Positions 1 through 13,300 of a stretch of 64,000 bases of DNA are shown here, one piece after another. The notes under the pieces were generated by a model. That model was not told the origin of the DNA. It made no database searches and worked only from the letters and a program-made list of their open reading frames with translations. Source of the DNA: Rhynchobatus australiae (taxonomy: Eukaryota). The position numbers were made by a program, and so were the translations under genes. The first letter of the stretch is position 1. Every line of letters begins with the position of its first letter. Location of the stretch: NCBI GenBank assembly GCA_034780895.1, contig JAUZTB010000027.1, forward strand, positions 23,726,886-23,790,885. The letters run 5' to 3'.

Positions 1-1894
1 TCTAATTCATATTCTGCCTTACCAATCCAAAGCAGTTCTGTCCAACCCCAGTCAATGTACCTGGCGATTGTGGTTTCAGTACCCAACCTGTAGACTTGAA
101 TCGGAGCCAGACACCACCCATGATTTATTTAATTACATTAATGATGAAAGAGCATGTGAAAATCTATTCCATTATGTGCATGTCCTGGTCCATGTGTGAC
201 AGAATTCTGCACCTGGGGGGATCTTTAATTTGGCCTACTGTGCAGTAGCCATATGACAATTCTTTAAAGGCATCATTCATTGTTTCAGCTAATAAGAGGA
301 ATCGTACAAAGAAAAATATGAAATTACTTCAATTTCTTTCTCAAAATGAGTGTAAAGATCCATCGTGAAATAATTTTATCAATTAAGTGATAAAGAAGCA
401 AATAATTTGTGAACAAATGATCGCTACAAAAGGAAACCTCACTATGAGCTGGTTACTTGTCTTGCTTTTAAATAGTGTATTTTGGGTCATTTCTGTAAAG
501 GCTTTTACAATAGAATTGCATGCATTTTGACAAATATAAAAGGAGAAAATTTTTCTAACTTTGGCTTTCTGTTGGGATACACAGTGTACCTTGAATATCT
601 GAATGCTGTTGTGCATGATTTGAAAGTCACTTGGTGTGCATGTGCATACTTCTGAAGTGTGCTTCTACCTATTATCATTGTAAAACATTTTAAAAATATT
701 AATAATATAAATAAAACATAATCAAACAGCATAATAATTCACAAACTTCCTGCTTGAATTATACATGCTGAAAATATTTATTTAAGTGCATGTGCAAATA
801 TCATCTGCGAATTTACAGTAAGCTGCAAAGGCAATTGGTCAAAAGTTCAACATGAGTAGTTTTTAAGCATTTCTGCTTTTTGTAAAGTCTGCAAACTACT
901 GTTGTAATATGTACACAATCAACTGCTTTGAAGCGTAATGTTAATTAACTTTCCATATAAAGATTTTAAAAACTTAGCCAATGCATGTATACAATACTGT
1001 AAGACAAAAAGATGCAGCTTTGTTTGTAATAACCAACATTTATATGATACTGAAAGGCACTTTTGCAACACACTTACAAATTAAGACAGCAATTTTTTTT
1101 CAACATACTAAAATAAATTTCTGATAAACGCATTGCACCAAAAGTAAATTACCTAAATATTTTACAATATGTTATAAAGATACACATCAAACAGAATAAA
1201 GCACCTTTGATCTAAAATTTGAAGGACAGCCATAACATACTTTAAATGTCTGCATCATAACTTCAGTGCATACATTATATCCCATTGATCAGGGAGTTCA
1301 CCAAAACATCAAATATCATTTCTTGCTCCTGAGTTTGTATTCCAAATGAAATAAGCATAAAATTTTAAGATTTATACATAAGATAAAAATCCATTTACAA
1401 ACTTTCAATTAAACATAACAGCACATTGTATTTCCAACAGATAAAGCAACCTTTCCAATTTTTTTGCTTTGAGGAAGACAGCATTCACATTACAAAAATA
1501 GCACCCATTATTGTTTGTTGTTGTTCAGAGCTAATGTAAAGTCCACACCTCTTACTAAGGAGAAGCAAATATGTAGAACATATTTGCGACAACAGTGTCT
1601 GTGTGTCTAGGATGTACAAACTTGGAATGAAAGTTGCAGCAAATTTAAAATTTCAGTTATATATGCGACAAGCATCAGAATAATTAGCAACTGTTTCACA
1701 GGATAAAATGTAGAAATGTGTTCAGATACATACATATAAAACTTGTCACAATGGTTATCCATTCAACCTTCAGTTAATTCATTGATGCTGGTTTAATAAA
1801 CTGTAACATTAATAATTACTTCAAATTGGTACCTACATTTGCACATTCACCTTCATCCGAAGTTTCACAGATGCTACAAAATGCTTCATTGGTG

Positions 1895-1955
1895 CTGTTT
1901 TTCAACAGATGCTGCCTGATCTGTTGAGTATTTCCAGATTTTTCTTTTTGTTGTG
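1895..1955 (+). mobile_element. Penelope-like terminal repeat fragment
   Basis: acagatgctgcctgatctgttgagtatttccagattttt, the same motif as the terminus at about 3440-3485. Confidence 0.6.
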
Positions 1956-2139
1956 GCTCATAGCATTGTTGATGGACTGATGGAAGTGATTTGGAGGAGA
2001 AAGAAAATGGAAATAACACGGGTGTATAGGACTGAGAGCCGGTGATAAATAAAGGCCTGGGAGAAATGGATACTTTTGGGATGTTTCGTAAAAGGAAAAT
2101 TGGGAACTTGGCTTTGTAAATCAACTTTGTTTTTGAGGA

Positions 2140-3490
2140 AAAAACTAGCCAGACTGCACCTTTTCCTACCCTGTCTCTTGTAACAATGCCATCCCTTTCT
2201 CCCAGTTTCTCTGTCTCTGCTGCATCTGTTCTAAAGATGAGGTTTTCTGATCTGAAATGTTCTCCTTCCTCAAGAAACATGGCTTCCCTTCCACTGTGGT
2301 TGATGAAGCCCTTCTCACTATTCCTTCCTACAGACCACTGCTCTCACCCCACTTCCCTCCAAACAGAACAGAGATTAGAGTTCCCCTAGTCCTCATCTTT
2401 CACCTTACTAGCTTCTGCATCCAACACATGATCCTCATTTTCCACCAGCTGCAATGTGATCCTACCACTAGCCACATCTTCTCCTCCCACCCCTTTCCAC
2501 CTTCTGCAGCGACCACTCCCTCCATGGCTCCCTGGCCCACTCATCCTTCCCCACCCACCCACCCCTCGCTAACCCCTGACACTTTTCCTTGCAATGGCAA
2601 GAGGTGCAACACTTATTCTTACACCTCCTCCCTCAGCATTATTCAGGGACCAGAACACCCCTTCCAGGTCAGACAAAGATTTATAGGCATCTCCTCCAAC
2701 CTTATCTACTGCATTCAGTGCTTTGTCCTTCTCTAAAATGAATTAGGCCCAAACACAGTCAAAGTGACTGATATGCAGAGCTGACAAAGGCCATCCCAAA
2801 CTCTTGGATGCATGCCATTTCAACTCCCCTTCTCATTCCCACACTGACCTGCCTGTCCTTGGCCTTCTCCACTGCCAGGGCGAGGCCAAACACAAATTAG
2901 AGGAATAACACTTCATATTCTGCCTGGATAGTCTACAACCCAATGGTACGAATATTGATTTTTCCAATTTTAAGTAAACCTTACTTCCTATGTTTCTCCC
3001 CCCACCCCCTTTTGATACATTTTTGTTCCCTTTCCCATAGCCCTCCTCCCTCTGGTTCCCCTCACCATCTGGTTCTATCTACCCTTCACCTCTTCCCTAA
3101 TGGATCCCATTATCACCTTTCTAGCTTATCAGATGCCAGCACTGGTTGCTTTTGTGTTCCTGCTTGTCACCCTTTCAGATGTCTCCACCTTCACCCTCCC
3201 CTCCAGTCTCATCTGGCTTTTTTTCCTTTGTCTGCTTCCACCTGTCTCTGACTCCCACCTCTCCCCCTTCCCCATTTTTCTCCCTCTGCCCATTATCCTT
3301 TACCCCCCCCCCTCGGTCCACCAAGCACCTATCAGCCCCTGTCTTACCCCTCTCCCCTCCTCTTTATACTGGCTGTCTTCCCTCCCCACTTGGTCCTGAT
3401 GTTTGGTCTCAACTGGAGACATCAACAATTCGTTTCCTCCTCCACAGATGCTGCTTGACCAACTGAGTTCCTCCAGATTTTTTTTATTGA
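2140..3490 (+). mobile_element. Degenerate, 5'-truncated Penelope-like element (RT C-terminus, GIY-YIG endonuclease, terminal repeat)
   Basis: Relic peptides NAIPFSQFL..ICS, RVPLVLIFH, DTFPCNGKRCNT..QGPEHPFQVRQRFIGISSNLIYCIQC. A pyrimidine-rich spacer follows, then the terminus cctgatg..tccacagatgctgcttgaccaactgagttcctccag. Confidence 0.85.
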
Positions 3491-3890
3491 GGAAAAAGTT
3501 ACCTAAATGGACCTGGAGAGCACAATCTATTGAGAAGATTATGGTGGCAGATGGTAGATATTCTTTGTAGGTGATGTAAGAAAAGCTGAGATAATCCAGG
3601 ACCAAGTTACAGGAAGGGCTGAATGAAAAGTGACATGGCAATGTTGCAGCACAGTTAACGGTCAGTCTGTTTACATTGACTGGCTGAATGAATGAAGGAT
3701 GGAAACAAAAGTGAAAGAGAAAAGATTAGCAGATCTGAAAAATGGAATTTGGTATCCAACTTTAGACATGTCGAGAGGTTTCTGGACATGCTAAAAATAC
3801 AAATACAATTTGAATAAATCACATATTTTGTGACTATTTTATCAAGGTCAATGTGTACCTCAAGTTGAAAAACTATGACATTAGAATACT

Positions 3891-3896
3891 TTTATT
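3891..3896 (-). promoter_or_regulatory. Candidate proximal polyadenylation signal of ZNF469
   Basis: AATAAA on the minus strand about 445 nt past the stop, followed by GT/T-rich sequence. More distal AATAAA hexamers occur at 777-782 and 124-129. Confidence 0.35.
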
Positions 3897-4340
3897 TCCC
3901 CATTGTGTGCATAATAATTAAAAGTAAACAAAATTCCTTAATGACACCTACAATGAAATCTACAGAAATAAAAAAATGCTAGTTAAAATTGTTCTTCAAA
4001 TAGTTCTGACAAAATAAACTAAGTTTTATAGATTGGCATTTTGACATAGCACATTACATATGACCTCTCGTGATACTCTGATGTTTAAGGCAATTATCCA
4101 TCAGTCCAAAGTGATTACATTTTCTCATTTGCAACATCAAAGTCATAATGTGTACATGATAAAACAGGTGAATCAAAGTATGATATTTTGGACACGAAGT
4201 ATTTCACAGATGTCTGTGCAAGGCTATTCCAGCTATATTCAGAAATAATGCTGGAGAATTCTAAGACTTTTATGTATTTTTCCACAATTCTCTGGAAGAA
4301 GATTCAATTATCAATAATGCTAGGAGTCAGCTACATTAAT

Positions 4341-7300
4341 TCACTCCGAGGTGTCCTTTCTTAAAGGAATCTTGAAGCTGGTTAATTTTTGTCCAAATAA
4401 TTGGCTGAGAAGATTACTCTGTGATTCTGCTGTCCGATAATTATTTGATTCAATAGGCTTTATACCTTGCATCAATCTATGTTTTCTAATCGAACTGTTC
4501 ACAGACGGAGCCCCTCCCTTTGAATAAAGTGGAGGTTTTGAGATTAACTCTTTCTTGTGCTTGAATTCCCCAATGATTGGTCGCATTTCTGCTTGCCTAA
4601 GTGAACAGAAATTCACTCCATTTTTTTTAGACTGTGAACTATTTGTCCACTGTTTGGTTCTGGATACCAGATGGCTGCCTGTTGGCTCATCTCTAGTAGT
4701 AGCAATACCCTGATTATCTTGTGGGATGCAAGATTTTTTCACATAGTCAGATTTTACCTGTTTTCTTTTTTTATTTCCCTCATCCACAGTTAACTTGTAG
4801 CTGTTACTATATTTGACGCTTGCAGACCTTTGCTCCTTTCGTTTTTTCTGACTAATCTTTGGTTCCGAATCTTTGGCTAGTTTCTCTGAAGACTTGTATT
4901 CACTTAAGTTTTGTTTTGTCTTTTCAACTGCTGCAATTTTGATGTGGCTATTACAAGGCATTTTCTGGAGGTCATTTGTTTGTTTAGAACTATCATATGA
5001 CTCATCTTGTTTTATCTTTTTTGCTGAGTGATTATTCTGTTCAACACTGTCATGTGGTTGAAATGTATAAGTATTAACTGAATTCGCAGGTGATGTCATA
5101 TTGTAAAGTTGACTGTGTGCATCTGGCATGGGTGGAACGGCTAAATCAACTAAATGCAGGTCATTAGATAATGGATGACAAACAACTGGGGAGAGACATG
5201 GTGGAGAACTAGCAATATTTGGTTGTGATTGCTCCAGTTCCACTAGAAGCTCAGAAAAGTCATCCACAATATCTGTACGAGTTGGTGTCAAAATGGTTAC
5301 CTTTTCAGTTTTATTATGTACTTCATGTGGTAAGAAATCTGGAGAACCTTGCAATGAGCTTTCACACATATTGTGCTCAAAATGAATCGAAGAAATAGTT
5401 GGAATATTATTTTCTGTATTGCTCTCAGTCAGTTCATCGTGATTGGTCTTCTGTTTTTTATTGGGTGGTAAAGGTACACTTGAGCAACTCTGAGCAAGAT
5501 TGGCCTGTGGATCAAGATTTCTATCTTGCAGAGGAACATTTGGTCTCATTACTCCTCTGAATTTATGGGTTTTACTTCCCCCTGCTAGATGTTTTTCCAT
5601 ATGTCTATCGTACTGTTCCTTTTTTGAAAAGGTATAGTTACNNNNNNNNNNNNNNNNNNNNNNNNNNNNNNNNNNNNNNNNNNNNNNNNNNNNNNNNNNN
5701 NNNNNNNNNNNNNNNNNNNNNNNNNNNNNNNNNNNNNNNNNNNNNNNNNNNNNNNNNNNNNNNNNNNNNNNNNNNNNNNNNNNNNNNNNNNNNNNNNNNN
5801 NNNNNNNNNNNNNNNNNNNNNNNNNNNNNNNNNNNNNNNNNNNNNNNNNNNNNNNNNNNNNNNNNNNNNNNNNNNNNNNNNNNNNNNNNNNNNNNNNNNN
5901 NNNNNNNNNNNNNNNNNNNNNNNNNNNNNNNNNNNNNNNNNNNNNNNNNNNNNNNNNNNNNATAATCTCTGGATTCGAGGAAGCTGAGAGTTTAAGTGCA
6001 CTTGTAAAATTCAATTTATTTTTAATACTTGTTTCACTTTGGTCTTTATTTTTCCCACTTTGTTTTTGGTTTTCTTTCAGAACTTTGGTTTCTTTAATAA
6101 GGGATCTTGCTACTGAATCAACGGTTTTTGATTTCCCATGCTTTTTATTTAGGAGTGTGTTGAAAAAATTTTTCATGGCACTATCTTCACTAAAACAATT
6201 GGACAATCCAATCACTGACTTTTGAGCCTGCCCTTTTCTGGCAAACTGGGTAGCATGCTCACGCAAATGCTCATTGTACATCCAGACATCTGAGATTTCT
6301 TTCAAACACATACCACATGTCCAAATGCCTGCTTTATTTTTGGCATGCTTTTCCTTTAGGTGATCTCTCAGCTGTTCTCTGGAACTAAACTTCCGTTGAA
6401 CACACATGTAACATGTTGGCGGAGGGGAAGGATTGTGTGAGAGTTTGTGAAAGTCAAGTTCTCCCAAAGTGAGAAACCATTGAAAACAAACTTTACACTT
6501 ATACTGCTTATCTTTGGATTTGATACTGATGTCACCACGGTTCTTTGCCATTTTCCCTTCCTCTGTCCTAATCTTTGATAATTTTAAGTTCTGGCTTGTC
6601 TCCTCATTCATACCATTTGCAACATTCAGAGTAGAAGACTTATTCCCAGGGGAATTATATGGATCCCCATCTGGAAGTTCATAGCTTTGGTTTAAGGCTT
6701 GTATATCACTGACATTTATACTCCTCGGAATGTACTGGTCAGAGGCTAAGCCATCAAAAGGCTCCAGCAGTTGGGAAGATGATGATTCTGTTGCTTCCTG
6801 TTGACTTTGGATGCTTGATATCTGATTTTGTGCGTTCGGCACATTTTCTGAAGTTGATTCAAATGAGGTAATGTTGCCATGTGCTGAGATGTCCACAACT
6901 TCTGGAGGATTGCTCCAAACTGTAGAATTTAGAACAGTGCCAGATATTGTTTCTATTTTGCAGTTTGGATATAGTAACCCCATAAGGTTATTATTTGTAT
7001 TTTCAGATATTCCAGTACCTTCTAAGACATCTTCACTGCTACATTCACGTGCCACATCTCTACAGCTTTTAAATTCATCACAAGCAGAAATACTTCTATT
7101 TGCCACCGTTTTGTTGTTATTACTTGTATGCAACATGATGGTGTCATCTATTGAAATGGTGTCATACTGCTCTGTTCTTTTGTTGTGAAAATGATCTCTA
7201 TAAGACCTAAGAATTTGTTCACCATCTTCCATCATAAAATCAGCAGAAAACATTTTAAAGGTACTTGATTCTGTGTCCATTTTACAGTTTTTGCTTCTAT

Positions 7301-10300
7301 TTCCATAAACCCTTGGACACTTTTTTCTGACAACTGAGTTTTCTTCTGAAAATATTTGTGATATTGCATTATTCATAGTGGAAAGATGTTGCAACTCTGA
7401 ATTTGGAGTAATCACCTCTAAAACTGGTAGCTCTAGGTCAACAGAATATGGTTCTTCCCAGGGTTTTGATGGTGTAAGGTCGTGCAATTTTTCAAAAGTG
7501 TTTTCATCATTTTTCTGACTTACTAATATTTGAGGGCCCATTCCTGTTATTTTAAGTGGAGAACCATTGACAAGGTTGGGCATTGAACTGTTGAATACTG
7601 AAGGAATTGCATGATCAGAATGCTGGCATTCAGTATTTTTTTGCAGTAATTCCACTGCTTTTTCACTAGTTTCTTGTTCTACTTTTATATGTTTGCTGTT
7701 CTGACCGCTTTCATTCGAGGAACACTTCCCAGTAAAATCAATCTGGTATTCAAGTTCTCCATTCCATTCTTTCTTATATTGTTCTTCTTTCAATAAAACA
7801 TTAATTAGGTTACATGCTTTTTCTTCTACAATTATCGTTTCATTATTTGAAAATTTTTGTCGCGAGGTCCATTCTTTTGATGTAATACACATTTTGATTG
7901 TTTTGCTTGTTGATAATGTATTTTCTGTCTGCTCTTGACATATAGTACTATCATGTGATTCTGCCATTACCTGAAGCTGTAATAGAGGACAGGGCTCATC
8001 ATCTTTTTCTCCATAATTGACACTCATTTGCTTACTAGATTGTACAATTGCACCATTAAAAATTAATTCTGATTCATCTTTTCCAGCGTTTCTATGCTTT
8101 TCTTTTGTTGGATTAGACATGTTGTTATTTTGTTTCTTATATTGTCTTGCAATATCTTTTGTGTCTATCGAATAAGGTATTTGTTTTTTACTCTTATCCC
8201 TTGAATATCCAAAGATTTTTTTAGATTTTGAAATGTTAACCTTAACAGGTTTCTTTGCATCAAATTGTCCATTGCATGGCATTGATCCAATGTCCTGGTC
8301 AGATGGTATAACACAAGACTTTGGTTCCTCTTTTGTGCTCCCATAGTGGATTTCAGATGTATCAATAGCTCCTTCAAGATGTTGAGTTTTATTGCAATGG
8401 AAAACAATTTCATTTTGTGTAACTGCGGAACTATTTCCTTCAATGTGCTTATCTTCATACAAGAAAAGATGTTGGTCAGACTGAACAGTTTCCTTATTTA
8501 CAGGATTATCCAAGGAATTGTCTTCTATGTGGGTTTTATTTTCTGATGCACAAAACAAGTTATTTTTTGTGTCTTGTTTCCAAACCATATTTGGTTCTGT
8601 TGTTGGAATGCAGTATGCTTGAATTCTGTTTCCTTTGTTTTGATTTGTTTTATCACCTTTTAAACGATGTTTGATGGCTTTATGTCTAACCAAGCCTTGT
8701 TTAGATCTGAATGATGCTGAACAAACATTGCACATTATGACAGTCTGTAGATTATGCTCTGTTTGAGAAGTGGAAAGTTCAACTAATTTCTGTGAATCAG
8801 TCCTTGAAATATTTTCTGGAAATAAATTGTTAGCCACTAAATCCAAATGTTCACTGCCATGCAAATCATTCAATGTCTTAGGCAACATTAAACTGCTCTG
8901 TACAACATCATCCCTGTTCATTCCATCATTTTCACCATTCTCACTCTTTCCTGAAATGTTCATTATTGGCTGTGACCTATCCTCACTCAAATGAAATAAG
9001 TCTGGTTTCCCACTCATTTCACTTTCACCTCGAATCTCCTCAGAAACTTCAGTAAATTGGTTAACAGTCTTGTCATCGGAGCACTCATTTAATTGTTTAT
9101 GAATATTTGCAATCTCAGATGTCTCATTTTTTTGTTGATGTACAGCGAAGGAATAGAATTTATTGTCCTTGGTCAGAGTTTCTGCATTGATAAGCCTGTC
9201 ACTGCTCTTTATGAATAAATTACTTTCCATTTGCTTGATTCCATTGGGAAATGCTTTATCTTGTACACAGATTTGTAAGTTTTCTTCAGATTTATCTTTC
9301 TCTGTAAGAAAATCTAATTGTGCAGTTGTTTCAGTACTTGATTTTCTTTTCACAGAACTGTTGCAATTGTCAGTGTTTGAATATTTATTTAAAGTTTCCA
9401 TAGGAATTGAATCAACAAGGGGTGAACTATGCAAATTTAAATTTGTAGCATTTTGGGGAGATGATGGTAGTTCAAGCAACTGCCCTTGAAGAGAAGGGTG
9501 AACATTTTCACTGTAATTTGAGCTCAAGGCATTAGTATAATCACGCTTGGCATGCTCTTCATTTTCTACCAAATCACCTGAATTATTTGAAGGGGTAGAG
9601 AAATTATTCATTTCTACACTTGCACTGCAGACTAGATGGGATATAGAAGACTTAACCAACATTTCAGAAATAGTACAATCATCAGATTTTGTTTCCAGGT
9701 AAATGGGTATATTGGTAAGCAATGATGCAGTTTGTCCAAAAAATCTATTATCGATATCTATGGTATCTTTCCCCAAAAGTGATCTATGGTCATCTGTATT
9801 TTCATTGGAATCCTTTGCTGCATTTTCACTGGTTGTTATATTAGTACCCAATTCCTCACTTCTTTTAGACAACAGCATACCAGGAATACTTTCGCCTGTA
9901 GAGACAGCTTTTAAAGCTGAGTGACCGTCGTAAATTTGCTTTTCTGTTACTTTATACTCCAAATTATGTTCAGTTGCATTTTCCTGAGGTTTAGTTATAC
10001 AGCCAAGGGATTTTTTCTTTGTATTTTGAGCACTGAAAGGCAGATGTAGAAATGACAATGATTCTTTACACCCATCACTCGTTGGAATAAAGTCATCTTT
10101 AGAACTGTTCGATAGTTCTTGCTGCTTGCATTTATCAATGTGCACAGGTGTGACTTTGGAATAATTACCTGGAAAGGTGAGAGGCAGTTCTTCTGAAATG
10201 CTTTCTCTGCACGAACATACTGTCCCTATTTCAGAGGATGGTGTACAACAACAATCTCCAGACCTGTGGTCATTTCTGCTAGTATTTAAATTTTCATCAA

Positions 10301-13300
10301 TGGCAGGCAATATGTCATTTGTACAGACCTCAAATTTTAGCTTTTGCATTGAGTCAGTAATATCTAGTGAAGCTTTGCACTGAGAAATGTCATCTATGGT
10401 TAAATGTTTGACCAAAGGTTTCTCATTGCAGTTATTTTCATCAGAAAATGACTGAGACAAAGGACAATTTGATTGATCAGGCTGCAAGGTTTCTTCCAAA
10501 TTATCCAAACACTGTTTGGTTTTTCTTTCTGTTTGCTGGTTAATGTCACTACTGAAACCACTAGAAGTTATTTCTTCTGCTTTCTCCTGTTGATTAAAAA
10601 CCAATGACACAGAGCTTTGAGTGGCATTTTGAGAAATGTCTGTAATTTCAATGAAATCCTTTGCCTCAATTGTTGCTGGGTTTTCGTTCATCCCATTTAA
10701 TGATAACAAGCTGCACTGGTTCTTTGTGAACTCAGAACTGCCAATGACACCATCTTTGAATTGTGTAGTTTTCTTTAAATGTTTGGGTAAAGAGATCTGT
10801 GATGTTACAATCTGATCTGAAATCTCAAAGTTTTCTTCATTATTAGCATTTCCATTGCACATTTTATCAGGTTCCCATGGGCTAGAATTTGCTTTAATAT
10901 TTTCAGTCATAGTTTCAGCAATATCTTTAGGCACCCTTGACAGAATACCCTGACCCTGAGCATTTGCATCAGCATCCATGATTTGGCATTTATTTTTGCA
11001 TATGCTTTGCAATGATGAAGTCTTGTCTATTGGATTAATGGTGGCTTCCACATTTTGAGTACTGTTTAAAACTTCTTCATTTTGCTCAGAATTGGCATTA
11101 CAATTTGAAGAATGGTTTGTTGGAATGGTTGAGACAGGATAACAGGGGATCATCATTAATTCTTCATTGCATTGTGCTGTTCGAGCAACAAAGAGCTGAA
11201 GTTGCTGCAGGGGATTTGTAGTTAAATCCTGTGCAATGTTCTTTGCACTGCTATGTTGTTCAATAGAGCTTATTGCAACATATGAAGGACTGATGTTATC
11301 ATTTATCCTTTCTTTATATTTTGTCTCTGGAGATCTCTCAGAAGAAATAATTTGACTTGTTACGATAAGTGATTGATTGGCTTCTTCAGATTCTGATAGA
11401 AAGGCAGATATTTCAGTTTTTCTACTTGATTGGTTGTCAGATGTACTTGGCTGTTGATGCTTTACAAATTGTTCCTCTTGTGAATGATCAGCAGGAACAA
11501 AACTGAAATTATTTTCTTTACTGCAGGCAACTGTGTTCACACAAGATGAAGGTGCAGTGTTTTCAAATGTGAATAAAGCTGCATCACATTCATGCTCTGA
11601 TTGTTCCTCTGCAACAGGACATTCAGAGGATCCATACTGGGGAGACAAGTTAAATGATTTCTCATGGTCTGTACTCTTGTTCAGAGTCTGACATCCCTGC
11701 TCTCTGTGTGAACTCTGTTGTAATGCATTTTTACCTAATACAGTGCCTGACATTATTGCAAGATTTGCCATTAGATTTTCTGTGTAATATTGGTTCTCCA
11801 GTTTTTCCTCTGTTTTTTCTGAGTAACTCTCAGGGGAAACTCCACTTTCTTCTTGATTATCGTGTTTTTGTTCATTGTCTTTTCTGTTTTCTGAGTCCTT
11901 AAGACGAATTTGATAATGGGATTGATTGTCCTTGGGTGAAGAACTTAGATGTTCACGAACTTTTTCAGATGTTTGAAAATCTGGCTCAGCATCCAATGAC
12001 ACAAGCTGGAAGGGACAAGTCCACATACCTTCGTTTTCTCCAATACTCCCAGCAGTACTTGAATGTTCAACTTTAGGGCTATTCAATATTGTGCCTTCAC
12101 CATATTCTGATGTGTGTATATCAGTATTTCCATTGTTGTAGTGATTTGGAGTGTGTCCATTCTCCCTAGAACCTTTATCTTGCTCAAGAGGCAGAGATGT
12201 AGGTGAACTAATTTGATTTTTTAAACTTATGTTCATATATTCTTCAGTACTTACTTGGGCAATAGTAGTTTCATTATGCCTTTGAGGTGCCTGAAGCTGA
12301 TTTTCTAACTCTGTCACCAATCTTTTTATTTCAAGATCATCATCTGATAAGGCAGCTGTGAAGGAACCATTTTGTTCAGCAACCTTTTCAGGCAGAAGGG
12401 GTGGAGTTGCAATAGGAGATGGCCCTGTTGTATGGGCAAATTTCTTAATTTGTGCTGGTTGTATAGAGAGATCTCCAAAATGTGAAATCTCCTCTGGTAA
12501 AATTGTGGTCATGTCTGGCAACAAGTTCCAGTCTTTGTGCTCTAGAAATGATGGATATTGCAGATGAAAAGCTGTCCCATTGCCTTCTTTATCACCATTG
12601 CAAGAAAATGCATAATAGTTTTCTTTGTTGACCAAAGTGTCTGTGTAAAGCTGACTATTCAAATTTGATATGGGAATGTCTCCAAATATTCCTGCTGTAT
12701 GAAAGGAAACTGGAGACTTAATTTTAGTTTGGCATTTTTCTCTTGGATATGCATTTATGAATCTTTTGACATGATTCTTCTGTAAATAATTGTAACTACT
12801 CTCATTTTGACAGAAAAAAATATCTTCCAGATGTGATGAACCACTAGGCAGAGATTCTGAGAAGGTATCCGCATGATGATTTCCTAAATCTTTGTGCCCA
12901 CTGTAAATCCTGTTCATGCTGTTCTGAGCTGTATCATCATAAACTTGAATATTAAATGCAGATGAGTTATCATGAAAACATCCAGCATTTTGCTTATAGG
13001 CAACTGTCGATCCAACAAGACTGTCTTTCATTTTGTTGCCTGCATCTGTTAATTCATCTTTCATGTCTGTAGTCAGCTCTGTGGTATGTGGTGAATTGTT
13101 TTGACTTACACTGGCAGTAGGATATTCAGCAATGCTATTTTCACAAGAAGACAGTTTTTCTATAACTCGTTGATCAAAAGTTAATTCAGTACTTGGTTCT
13201 ACAGAATTATCACTTGTAGTTGCAATATCTTTCTCATAGGACTCGCAGGTCTGTAGTCTCTTTTCACCATAATTATGCTCAATATGACTTGGGTTAGAAC

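Noticed and set aside
2943-3641. Pro/Ser/Leu-rich ORFs
   Set aside because: Products of the pyrimidine-rich Penelope spacer.
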